NCBI GenBank assembly: GCA_016180645.1 | Contig: JACPAV010000007.1 | Location: 1 to 40,887, forward strand | Reading direction: 5' to 3' | From: Nitrospirota bacterium | Lineage (GTDB): Bacteria > JACPQY01 | DNA: 40,887 bases | Shown: in pieces, positions 1 to 8,617 of the stretch | How positions within the stretch are numbered: position 1 is the stretch's first letter | How the letters are laid out: each line of letters starts with the position of its first letter | Position numbers and translations under genes: made by a program | Notes under the pieces: model-generated | Seen by the model: only the letters and a program-made list of their open reading frames with translations | The model's database searches: none | Told to the model about the DNA's origin: nothing

Positions 1-79
1 ACACCTTGCGCCTCTGGTTCCCTCGGGCAATCACGTGATACAGGAGTCCCGGCGCAAGCGGACGGAGTTGGCGAGCCAC
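1..79 (-). mobile_element. N-terminal fragment (runs off window edge) of a Y1/HUH REP-associated tyrosine transposase (RAYT/IS200-like)
   Basis: Not in the ORF track. The minus strand from GTG at 79 reads MARQLRPLAPGLLYHVIARGNQRRKV, matching the typical Y1_Tnp/RAYT N-terminus MARPLR....G..YHV..RGN.R..IF. Confidence 0.75.
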
Positions 80-165
80 GGCAGCCACCCTGCATGTTCA
101 TCCCCACATTGTCAAGATACAAATGTCTGACCCTATTTCCCATCCCTATTTCCTACCGGCGGGGA

Positions 166-822
166 CTACTTGGTGGAGGTCGAGGGAGAGGGTTTGCTGA
201 GGACGCGGACGAGGACGTCTTTGAAGAAATTCTTCCAAGCTTCCCATGATGCCTCCGCAGGCACCTCCTCAAGCAGGAGCCCAAGCAGCGGCTTGGCGCC
301 GAAGAAAATGACCATGAGACCGAGAGCGGAGGCGATCACTTTCTCCGGATCGGTTTTCTGAAGCATCTCGGCCTTCATCGCGCCGCGGAGGAGCTCGATG
401 GTGCGTCGAACTTGGAAGGTGAAAATCTCCGGATGGCGTCGTTTGATCTCCTCGAAATACTCGCCGCCGTTGGCCGACTCGCGGAGGATGATGCGCATCA
501 CCTTTTCGCTCGACTTGTAGAGCTCGAAATTCCGATCGAAAATTTCGAGGGCGAGCGTCATCGGTTCGGTGATATTTGAAAGGGCCTTTTCCGTTTCGGA
601 GGCAATCCGCAGGATGAGTGACTCCAGCACGGCGATGTAGAGTCCTTCCTTGCTGCCGAAATGATAATAGATCATCGCCTTGTTCACGTCGGCGTTCCTG
701 GCGATGACGTCGATTCGAGAACCTTCGAGACCGACTTCCGAGAACACATCGGCCGCCGCGCTGAGAATGCGTTCCCGCGTGCCGACCGGCTCGGCGGGGT
801 GTGGGGCGGGGGAGATCGTCAC
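166..822 (-). CDS. TetR/AcrR family transcriptional regulator
   Basis: N-terminal HTH RERILSAAADVFSEVGLEGSRIDVIARNADVNKAMIYYHFGSKEGLY. Confidence 0.93.
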   Translation of the reverse strand: MTISPAPHPAEPVGTRERILSAAADVFSEVGLEGSRIDVIARNADVNKAMIYYHFGSKEGLYIAVLESLILRIASETEKALSNITEPMTLALEIFDRNFELYKSSEKVMRIILRESANGGEYFEEIKRRHPEIFTFQVRRTIELLRGAMKAEMLQKTDPEKVIASALGLMVIFFGAKPLLGLLLEEVPAEASWEAWKNFFKDVLVRVLSKPSPSTSTK

Positions 823-840
823 GCGGAGGAAAAAGCGAGA

Positions 841-1149
841 TCAAATCTCGATGAGAACGGCATCCCCTTCCTGCTTCACGGGGTACATTTTCGCCTCGAT
901 TATCTCGTTCATCGTGCACTTCCCGGCATCGGCCAGATCGAACTCCCATCCATGCCAGGGACAGGTGACGACCGAGCCCTGGATTTCGCCCTCACCGAGG
1001 GGACCGCCCTTGTGCGGGCAGATGTTCCGAAGGGCGTAGATGCACGCCCCCACTTTGTAGAGGGCCACTTCGGTGCCGTTCACGCTGACCAGCTTTCCCT
1101 GGTTTTCTTGGATCTCAGCCAGAATTGCCACTTTGACGAAATCTGCCAT
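841..1149 (-). CDS. Rieske [2Fe-2S] ferredoxin (NirD/dioxygenase-ferredoxin-like)
   Basis: CPHKGGPL and CPWHGW ligand boxes; ATG at 1149 with GGAGG RBS at 1156-1160. Confidence 0.92.
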   Translation of the reverse strand: MADFVKVAILAEIQENQGKLVSVNGTEVALYKVGACIYALRNICPHKGGPLGEGEIQGSVVTCPWHGWEFDLADAGKCTMNEIIEAKMYPVKQEGDAVLIEI

Positions 1150-1188
1150 GTTGCACCTCCCAGATTCCGAGTACATCCTACAGATTGC

Positions 1189-1247
1189 GTAGGGGAGGGT
1201 CTTTAGACCCTCCGCGCAAGAGGGAGCATCTGAAGATGCTCCCCTAC
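1189..1247. repeat. REPIN-like element, copy 1 (two inverted GTAG-REP hairpins)
   Basis: GTAGGGGAGGGTCTTTAGACCCTCC-spacer-GGGAGCATCTGAAGATGCTCCCCTAC; reverse-complement copies at 12982 and 14015. Confidence 0.85.
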
Positions 1248-1269
1248 TCGAACACAGTCGAAAATCGGC

Positions 1270-1293
1270 GGGGACGGGCGTCCGCCTGTCCCC
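1270..1293. terminator. GC-rich hairpin downstream of peroxiredoxin (terminator or REP-like)
   Basis: GGGGACGGGCG-TC-CGCCTGTCCCC inverted repeat about 20 bp after the stop codon. Confidence 0.4.
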
Positions 1294-1314
1294 CCAACTT
1301 CTGACTATCTCGAC

Positions 1315-1893
1315 TTACGCCTGCTTCTCGAAAAATTCCATCGGCTTTTTCGTGTCGATCGCCTTCGCGCCCTTGTGCCAATTGGCCGGGCAGACCTCGC
1401 CGTGCTCCTTGTTGTATTGGAGAGCATCCAGCACGCGCAGAACCTCGGAGGGGTTCCGCCCGATGGCCAACTGCTGGACCACCTGGTACTGGAGCACGCC
1501 GTCCGGATCGATGAGGAAGAGGCCTCGGAAAGCCGCCCCCAGATCTTCCTTCAGGACGCCGAAGGCCCGGCTCACCTCTTTGGTGAAATCGGCGAGGATC
1601 GGGATCTCCACGCCTTTGATGCCGCCCTTTTTCGTGTCCACTTCCATCCAAGCCTTGTGGCTGAACTTGCTGTCTGTGGAGCAGGCCACGACTTCACAAT
1701 TCCGCTTCTTGAACTCCGCGCTCTCGCCCGAGAACGCCAATAGTTCCGTAGGTCACACGAAGGTGAAATCGAGCGGATAGAACCAAAGGCAAAGCCACTT
1801 GCCCTTGAAATCGCTCGATGAATAGCTCTTGAACTCGCCCTTCACGACTCCATCGAGCTTGAAGTCCGGGGCTTTCTGTCCCACTTGAATCAT
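1315..1893 (-). CDS. ahpC: Selenocysteine-containing AhpC/Prx1-type peroxiredoxin (Sec47)
   Basis: ATG at 1893 with AAGGAGG RBS gives [53 protein letters not shown]..., continuing in frame into the 1315..1740 ORF. TGA (1753-1755) sits exactly at the peroxidatic Cys of the FYPxDFTFVCPTE motif; the resolving motif GEVCPANW is present. Confidence 0.93.
1718..1737 (-). promoter_or_regulatory. Putative bacterial SECIS hairpin
   Basis: 15 nt after the UGA the mRNA reads GCGUUCUC-GGGC-GAGAGCGC: an 8-bp stem (one G-U pair) with a 4-nt apical loop beginning with G. Confidence 0.7.
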
Positions 1894-2088
1894 GAACGTA
1901 ACCTCCTTAACGATGGACCAACGCGTATTTTTTCAGGATGCTTGATCCCTGCCAACCAATTACCAGAGGGTGCCCCGCAGGTCAAGCTTGTGGACCCCGG
2001 CCGGAACAGTTCGGATCGGTTCGCTCAGCTCGGGGCCCTCGATCCCGACGTTGATTTCCCCAGGCACTTGGATGAAAGTGGGATCGGT

Positions 2089-3636
2089 GTGAGAGCTTAT
2101 CGTCTGAAACGGCTCATGTTCGTGGCTCTTTTCCTTTCGCTCACTGCGGTGGGTCTCGTCTGCACCAAAGAGGAGTCTCCCAAGATCGTGACGGTATTCG
2201 GTGAGGGAGACTACTCGACCGGTAAGAAATCGGCCTCGGCCTTTGAGGATTTCATTCGATCTTTCGTGGCGGCTTTGTCGTCGGTCTGTGGCGGACCGGA
2301 TTCGGTGGGCCTGTGTCTGCTGGCCGAGTTCTGCGAGACGGTGAATCGTGTGCCTCTCGACCATTTGATCACGGGTCCGGAAATCCAGTCGATTTCCGGG
2401 TCGATCCGGATCGGGCGGTCGGCCTTCCATGAGGCGAACGCGAAGCGATACGCGGATGCCTTTGACAACCTCCAAATGGCGCTGTCCTCCGGCCATGTCG
2501 AGGCGTTGGCCGATTCGACGTGGAACGATGTTTTCGCGCTTCCCCTCCTGACCGGGGTCCAGAAAGACGGCGATCCATGTTTCTCTGTCGATGAGTGCGA
2601 GCGGGGTCTGGTCTGCAATCTGGTCGGCTGTCCCGGCCGATGTCAGCGGCTACCCGGCGCCGGGGAACCCTGTCTGCCTGAATTTCTTGCCGAGGAGCAA
2701 GAGTCGATCCTTTCCTTTGCAAGCTCCGGAACCGTCGAAGTGGAGCAGTGCGATGCATCGTCCACATGCGATGAAAAGACGAGCACCTGCGTGGCGCGCA
2801 GGGTTCAAGGAGATCCATGCCTCGATTCGGGCGGGTGCGTGAAGTCACTCTACTGCCGTTCGGGCCGATGCGTTTCGTTCAAGGAAGCCGGCGGGTCCTG
2901 TGTGAATCGGGTGGATCGTTGCGCCCTGGGATTGACGTGTCGAGAAGGGGCCTGCAAGCCGCCGGCGAAAGAGGGCGAGCCGTGTTCCGGGAGTCCTTCC
3001 GCGTGCACGGCGGGTCTCATCTGTCGTGCCGGCGGTTGCCGCTTGCCGGGGGTTGAGGGCGAGCCGTGCGCCCGTCTCAACGAAGATCTCGATTTTGCCC
3101 AATGCCAAACTGGGCTGACCTGTTCTGCGGAAGGAAAGTGTTCCGCAAAACTTGGCGCCGGAACGGAATGCAACCGGATCGATGTGTGCAAGGGATATTG
3201 CGACGGTCTGTTCGCCTCCGGCAAAGGGACCTGCCGCGATGCCTTTCCTTCCGCGGGGGAAGCCTGCGGCGCCGAGGGCGAGTGCGAGTTTTGTGCCCAG
3301 TGCGATGGAAAAACGAAGATCTGCTTGGCCGTGGGGATCGGCGCCGCGTGCATGAAGGATTCCGACTGCGCCGGGGATGAACTCGCCTGCGATGCGGCGT
3401 CCTCCCGATGCGCGATCAAGCCGGTGCTCGGCGAGGCCTGTGATCCAAACGTGGGATGCTCATCCGACTTCTACTGCGGGCCGGACGGGGCCTGTCGGGC
3501 GGGAGACCGGTTCCGGTACGAATCCTGTGCCTATGATAGCCAGTGTGTGAGCGACCATTGCGAAGGGAGATCGTGCGCGGGGGGGGCGTGCCGTCCCCCG
3601 GAAATCCCGGCGGCCGCGAAGATCCCCGCCCGATAG
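2089..3636 (+). CDS. Exported cysteine-rich repeat protein (Dickkopf-N/EGF-like GxxC...C..GL.C repeats)
   Basis: Signal-like N-terminus MRAYRLKRLMFVALFLSLTAVGLVC from GTG 2089 (alternative ATG 2116); many GEPC/GDPC...C..GL.C..G.C repeats. Confidence 0.75.
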   Translation: MRAYRLKRLMFVALFLSLTAVGLVCTKEESPKIVTVFGEGDYSTGKKSASAFEDFIRSFVAALSSVCGGPDSVGLCLLAEFCETVNRVPLDHLITGPEIQSISGSIRIGRSAFHEANAKRYADAFDNLQMALSSGHVEALADSTWNDVFALPLLTGVQKDGDPCFSVDECERGLVCNLVGCPGRCQRLPGAGEPCLPEFLAEEQESILSFASSGTVEVEQCDASSTCDEKTSTCVARRVQGDPCLDSGGCVKSLYCRSGRCVSFKEAGGSCVNRVDRCALGLTCREGACKPPAKEGEPCSGSPSACTAGLICRAGGCRLPGVEGEPCARLNEDLDFAQCQTGLTCSAEGKCSAKLGAGTECNRIDVCKGYCDGLFASGKGTCRDAFPSAGEACGAEGECEFCAQCDGKTKICLAVGIGAACMKDSDCAGDELACDAASSRCAIKPVLGEACDPNVGCSSDFYCGPDGACRAGDRFRYESCAYDSQCVSDHCEGRSCAGGACRPPEIPAAAKIPAR

Positions 3637-3645
3637 ATCCGTTGC

Positions 3646-3675
3646 TTGACAGCGATGAGGTCTCTTTTATAAGAT
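3646..3675 (+). promoter_or_regulatory. Putative sigma70 promoter for the 3781 gene cluster
   Basis: TTGACA-N18-TAAGAT in the intergenic region. Confidence 0.5.
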
Positions 3676-3780
3676 AGCCGAACCAAGACGGGCAAAGCGA
3701 GGGCCGCGTCGGGGCCAAGGGGGCGACCGGGCGGAAACAAGGGGAGACGGAAAGGAAATGCGGGATCGGGAGCCTGCCCA

Positions 3781-6759
3781 ATGCATCTCATGTGGGGAAA
3801 CCACCGAACATTCATCCTTGCCCTATTTCTTGCCGCGTGTGAGTCGCGGGAGGAGGCCGGCTTGGGGGTCAAGATTTCGGGTCCCTCGCAGGCGCGCAAT
3901 GGAGATCGAGTGACATTGCGGACGGAGGTGGGCCTCTCCGGAGTCGATGTCGCCGCGGATTTTTCTTCTCTCGACACCAAGTTTGATGCCTCCAACGTCT
4001 CGACCCAGGATGTGGGGAACGGGATCTACGAGATCGGCTATGTTATTTCGACGTCCAACGCCCGTCCCGACGGCACCTACCTGATTTCCATCGGGTTGAA
4101 GATCGGGGGGGGGGATGGAATCGTAGTTCGCGGGACTCACGCCATCGCCTTGTCCAATGCCATTCCCCGCGCCGGAACCGTTCAGGCCGATGCGCGGTCC
4201 GCACGCATCGCGGCTTTTGCCTCGAAGGATACTGTTTTCGGTTTCGAGGTGGACGTGACCACCGCGCTGCTCTTCGGGGGAATGGACATCGTGGCCCCGA
4301 AGGCCGATCCGACCTCGATGGCCGCCATTTCCAATGCCTACTTGTATCAAGATGCGGACCTGGACGGAAAGGTGAGCGCGGCCGACAAGCTCCTGGCGCA
4401 AGCGAGCCCCCGAACTTCGGGTGCCGAGGACTTTGTCGTTGAACTTCGCGCCGATCCCAAGCTTTCTCTTACCACGGGACGATCGGCATTCGTGGTCGCG
4501 GTCGATGCCGCATGCTCATCCACCGCTCTTTTGGGAAAGACCCTCAAACTTACGGTACCCAAGGATCGCCTCTACCTCACGGGTCCCAACAATGAGGCGG
4601 CCGACATTGGCGGCGTTTTGCCGATCGAAGTGGACGTCACCGGCTCATCGCCCTTCGAAAAACTCTGGTCCACGACGCTCGGCATCCTTCCGGCGACGAT
4701 CGACTTTGGCGCGAGCACCGACATCAACGGCGATTCCACCCAGGAGTTGATGCTGCTGTCCGCAAAATCCCGCTATCTATGGATTCTTCGCAGTCCGTCC
4801 TTGACGTCCTTCGAAAGCGTTGAACGCTACGATCTGGGAGTGACCGGGCTGGTAGATGTATCGTTTGTGGATATCGACCAGGATGAGATCCTGGACGTGG
4901 CGGCGAGTTCGAACGTGACCCGGGGCCTCACGATTCTCCTCTCGAAGGAAAACTTCAAGCCGCGTTCCTTCAACCTGCGGCCGAAGAACACGGCTCTCCT
5001 GATCGCCAAAGGGTTCACGGACGCGAACGGTGATGGCGTATGGGATGCCGTGACGCTCGATCAAAAGCGCTCGACGCTCGTCATCGCCACCGGCAAGTTC
5101 GATTCTACGACCGGCTTCTCCCTATCCCCGCTCGCCGAAACGGCGACAGGCCTGACCGGAGTCACGGCGTTCGGTTCGGCGGACGTGACAGGCGACGGCG
5201 CCTCCGACGTCGTCCTCGCGACGACGGGGCTTCTGGAAGGGGCCCTCCATATCTACACGGCCCCCAAGAAGGACGGGCAGTACGAGCTTCTGAACAAGAT
5301 CGGCGGCCTTCCCCGGATCGATCTCCTACGTTTAGCGGACCTCCAGGGGGACGGATTTGTGGAGGCCGTGGTGGTGAATCGCCAGGGCGCGCTCCGGATC
5401 GTGGAGATCACCCCCGAGGGACTCTCGAACACGGTCCTCTCCCGAAACGACCTCGTCGATCCCACGCGGTTGGAACTCGTCCAGCTCGATCAGGAGATCA
5501 TGGACCTCGTCACCCTGGAGAAATCCGGCAGTCTTGTGCGCACGATGTTCTTGAACGCTTCCGGCAGGGTGGCGAAGGAGACGTCGGTCGACCTGTCGAG
5601 TGCATCGAGTGCGCAGATTTCATCCGCCGGGGGATTCATGTTCGCGGACTTGGATGGGAACCAGGCGCCCGATCTGGTGCTGAGTGAATCGAACCGCCTG
5701 TCGGTCTTCAAAGGCATCGGAACGGCGTGGTCTTTCCGGTTCAGGACATCCGCGGATCCCTCGCCCTCGGGCGTGGGACTCCTCTCCACCGCGGGAAAAG
5801 TGGAAAGGGTTGTGGTTCCAGACAAGACGAACAGCAAAGTTTACGTGTACGAAGTCGGAAGCTCCGGAGGCTTGGGAGCCATTCTCAAGACGCTGGACAC
5901 GGCGGCAGGCGGGCTGAGTCTGAAGACGGGCGTTTTTGCGGGTGGAGTTTCGGAAGACCTCGCTTTGCTTCAGTCGGGTGGATCCATTGCCATTTTGAAA
6001 GGAGCTGATTTTTCGACGTCCGGAACGCTGACTGCCGGTTCCTCCTCAAAAGGATTGCGACTCGGCGACGTGAACAAAGACGGCCGCATGGATCTGATTT
6101 CGGCGGATCCAGATGGGTCGTCGGCTTCCTATTTTATCAGCGGCGGAGCGGGAAGTTTCGCTAAGTTCACGGTCAGTCTCCTCTCGGGACCTGAGGACGT
6201 GCTGATGAGCGTGGACATCGATGGAAACGGGATGTTGGACCTTGTGAGCGCCCATCCGACGGCGCGGTTGATTGGATTTGTGACGGGGGACCCGTCAACC
6301 GGCAGCTATGGGGCGCCTCGCTCGATTCCGGTGAAGGGAGTGCCGGTCCGGCTGGGCGCCGGGGACGTGGACGGCGATGGGAAAACGGACGTGATCGTCG
6401 GCCGGAAGGACGGCGTTTTGGACGTCTATTCTGTCGGGGGAGCCGAAGGGCTTTCCCTGGCGCGTTCGATCGATCTTGGCGGAGAGGCGACCCAACTCTA
6501 CGTGGACGATTTCGATTTGGACGGGCGGGCGGACATCCTCGCGCTGCTCCAGGCGGGGTCCCGTGAGCCGCTGTCCTCGATCCTGCTCCTGAAGAGCCGT
6601 GGAGCGGGGGAGTTTTGCGCGCCCGCGGTTTTTCCAGCCCCTTCGGATCCGAGTGACTTCGCGCTGGGCGACTTGGACTTGGACGGAGCGACGGACCTCG
6701 TCATTCTCGGGAATGCGGACAAAGACGTGGAAGGCTACCGGAATACCTTCCTGGACTAG
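3781..6759 (+). CDS. FG-GAP/VCBS-repeat beta-propeller lipoprotein
   Basis: Lipobox LFLAAC; many DxNGDG/DLDGD repeats (DINGDSTQEL, DANGDGVWDAV, DVNKDGRMDL, DVDGDGKTDV). Confidence 0.85.
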   Translation: MHLMWGNHRTFILALFLAACESREEAGLGVKISGPSQARNGDRVTLRTEVGLSGVDVAADFSSLDTKFDASNVSTQDVGNGIYEIGYVISTSNARPDGTYLISIGLKIGGGDGIVVRGTHAIALSNAIPRAGTVQADARSARIAAFASKDTVFGFEVDVTTALLFGGMDIVAPKADPTSMAAISNAYLYQDADLDGKVSAADKLLAQASPRTSGAEDFVVELRADPKLSLTTGRSAFVVAVDAACSSTALLGKTLKLTVPKDRLYLTGPNNEAADIGGVLPIEVDVTGSSPFEKLWSTTLGILPATIDFGASTDINGDSTQELMLLSAKSRYLWILRSPSLTSFESVERYDLGVTGLVDVSFVDIDQDEILDVAASSNVTRGLTILLSKENFKPRSFNLRPKNTALLIAKGFTDANGDGVWDAVTLDQKRSTLVIATGKFDSTTGFSLSPLAETATGLTGVTAFGSADVTGDGASDVVLATTGLLEGALHIYTAPKKDGQYELLNKIGGLPRIDLLRLADLQGDGFVEAVVVNRQGALRIVEITPEGLSNTVLSRNDLVDPTRLELVQLDQEIMDLVTLEKSGSLVRTMFLNASGRVAKETSVDLSSASSAQISSAGGFMFADLDGNQAPDLVLSESNRLSVFKGIGTAWSFRFRTSADPSPSGVGLLSTAGKVERVVVPDKTNSKVYVYEVGSSGGLGAILKTLDTAAGGLSLKTGVFAGGVSEDLALLQSGGSIAILKGADFSTSGTLTAGSSSKGLRLGDVNKDGRMDLISADPDGSSASYFISGGAGSFAKFTVSLLSGPEDVLMSVDIDGNGMLDLVSAHPTARLIGFVTGDPSTGSYGAPRSIPVKGVPVRLGAGDVDGDGKTDVIVGRKDGVLDVYSVGGAEGLSLARSIDLGGEATQLYVDDFDLDGRADILALLQAGSREPLSSILLLKSRGAGEFCAPAVFPAPSDPSDFALGDLDLDGATDLVILGNADKDVEGYRNTFLD

Positions 6760-6806
6760 GCGGAGATGGTGCGTGAGGGCTTGATAATGGATATTACGAC
6801 TGAGAC

Positions 6807-7595
6807 ATGAAACTTGAAGGGCTTTTGATCTTCTCTTCCCTCCTACTTGCGCTTTGCGCCTTGCGTCCTGCGTCCGGCCACGCGTTCACGCCGTTCAGCC
6901 CGTCCAATCTGCTGAGGGACGGTGAGGGACTGGTCGGCCTCGATGGAGGACTGGTCAACGAAACGCTCAACGTGACGGGAAGTTTCGGCACGGGGGCGGC
7001 CAGGACCCGTTACGAACTCAGGGGCGTGGCGTTGGGTGGCGTGGGGGGTTACGGTTTTACGGACCGGATGGACGGATACCTCCGGTTCGGAGCGATGGTG
7101 TCGCCTTCATGGGGCGACAAGGAAAAATCGAACGCTCTCGTGGGCGGGGTCGGATGCCGGTACATGATCGCCGGGAGCCGGGCGGCGGAACTCGGCCTGT
7201 TCGGGGATGTGGAGTTCATCTCGGCTGCTGAAAACGACACGAACCTGACGATCGGAAACGTGAACGCGCCGGGCCGTGTGGAGCTGAGGAATCTCATCAA
7301 CGTGACTCTCGGGATCGGCCCTCAGTGGTGGTGGAGGGTCGGGGCGCAGAAGTACATCATGCCCTCCCTCTACGCCTTCTTCAGTCCCCGATTCGTCGGG
7401 AGCGGCCTCTATCGTCAGGCCGGGGCGTCCGCGGACACGCCGGCGAAAGAGCTGGACGACATCGAGGCGAGCGCCAAACAACTGGCGGGCTTCGGCGGCT
7501 CGGTCGGTTTGGATCTCCGAACGGTGATCTTTCGATCGAACGTCCGCTGGCTCGGCGCGCTCGGCGGCGCCCTCAGCGTGGAAGTGCCGTTCTGA
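6807..7595 (+). CDS. Predicted outer-membrane beta-barrel protein
   Basis: Signal peptide ending GHA; alternating Gly/aromatic strands; C-terminal VEVPF signature. Confidence 0.65.
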   Translation: MKLEGLLIFSSLLLALCALRPASGHAFTPFSPSNLLRDGEGLVGLDGGLVNETLNVTGSFGTGAARTRYELRGVALGGVGGYGFTDRMDGYLRFGAMVSPSWGDKEKSNALVGGVGCRYMIAGSRAAELGLFGDVEFISAAENDTNLTIGNVNAPGRVELRNLINVTLGIGPQWWWRVGAQKYIMPSLYAFFSPRFVGSGLYRQAGASADTPAKELDDIEASAKQLAGFGGSVGLDLRTVIFRSNVRWLGALGGALSVEVPF

Positions 7596-7598
7596 AAT

Positions 7599-7756
7599 CG
7601 TGAAGAGTGATGGGTGAACAGTGAAGTGAAGGAAGAAGGAGGAACAATGAACAGGAAAGAAATCGTTGATCGGTCGATCGCCGGGGCTTGCCGCGCCGCG
7701 CACGCGGCCGGACTACTCGTTGCTTTTCTCATCACCCTTCACTCATCACTCGTCAC
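7599..7756. repeat. Heptamer-array element: (GTGANNN)n left arm and (NNNTCAC)4 right arm
   Basis: GTGAAGA GTGATGG GTGAACA GTGAA GTGAA at 7600-7630 and TCATCAC CCTTCAC TCATCAC TCGTCAC at 7729-7756; same architecture at 30131-30228. Confidence 0.7.
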
Positions 7757-8150
7757 GCGCCTCGCCTTCGCGGGCGAGGCGGCGGCGGGCCGCAAAGCCC
7801 CCCAGATGGAGCTGAAATGCGACCAAGTGGGAGAGACCTTGCGATGTGAATCGGAAGGAATGAAATTCGAAATGGTGCCGCCCCGGGATGCCGATCTCCC
7901 CAAAGCTTCCGGCCGCGACTTGAAAGAGGCCTACGTGAAAGGATACAAGCGCGGCCTGCAAGAAGCGGCCACACTCCGCGAAGAACTGACCCAGGCGGAG
8001 CACTACGTTTGGAAACGACCGATCGTCCAAAAAGTGTGGATGCCCCCGATGATCGTGTCCGGCGTCTTCCTGCCGGGGCACCACGAATTCGTCCTGCTCA
8101 AACCTGGCGAATGGAACCTGGCTCAAGACACAGCGAAGGAGGAAAAATGA
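7647..8150 (+). CDS. Exported protein with TraV-like C-terminal motif
   Basis: Signal peptide (AFA). The C-terminal KRPIVQKVWMPPMIVSGVFLPGHHEFVLLKPGEW resembles the F-type TraV R.WI.P......G.L..G.YVY..V.PG.W motif. The stop overlaps the pilin ATG (ATGA). Confidence 0.5.
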   Translation: MNRKEIVDRSIAGACRAAHAAGLLVAFLITLHSSLVTRLAFAGEAAAGRKAPQMELKCDQVGETLRCESEGMKFEMVPPRDADLPKASGRDLKEAYVKGYKRGLQEAATLREELTQAEHYVWKRPIVQKVWMPPMIVSGVFLPGHHEFVLLKPGEWNLAQDTAKEEK

Positions 8151-8533
8151 TCAAGAAATTTACAGCGCTTAGCTTTTGGCAATCAGGCGCAAGGGTTTAC
8201 CATCAAGCGCCTGACGTGTGGCCCGCAGCCTTCAGCCTGTTGCTGGCCGCATCCGGCCTTCTGCTCGCATGCGCCGCCTGGGCGGCGGGGCCAGAAGACG
8301 CCGGCTTGGCCGCGACCCAGCAGGTGACCGGTGTCGCCTGCGGAGTCATCGGCCTTGTACAGGGCGTCGTCGGTAAGATGCTTGCATTCATTTTCCTGGC
8401 AGCAGGAGCGGTTGCGGCTTTCGCGGGCAAGTGGGCCTACGTGGCGGGCGGAATCGGCGGCGGACTTCTCTTGATCGTTGGGCCAAAGATCCTCGCGACC
8501 GCCTTTGAGACTGCCCAAAACTGCCCCCCCTGA
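8147..8533 (+). CDS. VirB2/TrbC/TraA-like T4SS pilin precursor
   Basis: Long leader cleaved near AWA, then the pilin pattern VACGVIGLVQGVVGKMLAFIFLAAGAVAAFAGKWAYVAGGIGGGLLLIVGPKI (two hydrophobic helices); AAGGAGG RBS. Confidence 0.7.
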   Translation: MIKKFTALSFWQSGARVYHQAPDVWPAAFSLLLAASGLLLACAAWAAGPEDAGLAATQQVTGVACGVIGLVQGVVGKMLAFIFLAAGAVAAFAGKWAYVAGGIGGGLLLIVGPKILATAFETAQNCPP

Positions 8534-8617
8534 CACGAGGTGGGGGGCAGTCCTCGTGGCCCGTTGAACCACCCGCGAACTATGAAAATGCTGCGCAAAT
8601 TATCCAGCGATTGAAGC

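Noticed and set aside
1315-1740. 141-aa truncated peroxiredoxin or pseudogene as given by the ORF track
   Set aside because: The only interruption is a UGA exactly at the catalytic Cys, with an intact upstream frame, RBS and SECIS-like hairpin, so Sec recoding explains it better
1939-1954. Possible sigma54 site (minus strand TGGCAG-N5-AAGCA) upstream of ahpC
   Set aside because: Only the GG-N10-GC core matches; too weak to call
1885-2088. N-terminal 68 aa of the 583-aa ORF
   Set aside because: Overlaps the ahpC start and promoter region; a signal-peptide-like sequence begins only at 2089/2116
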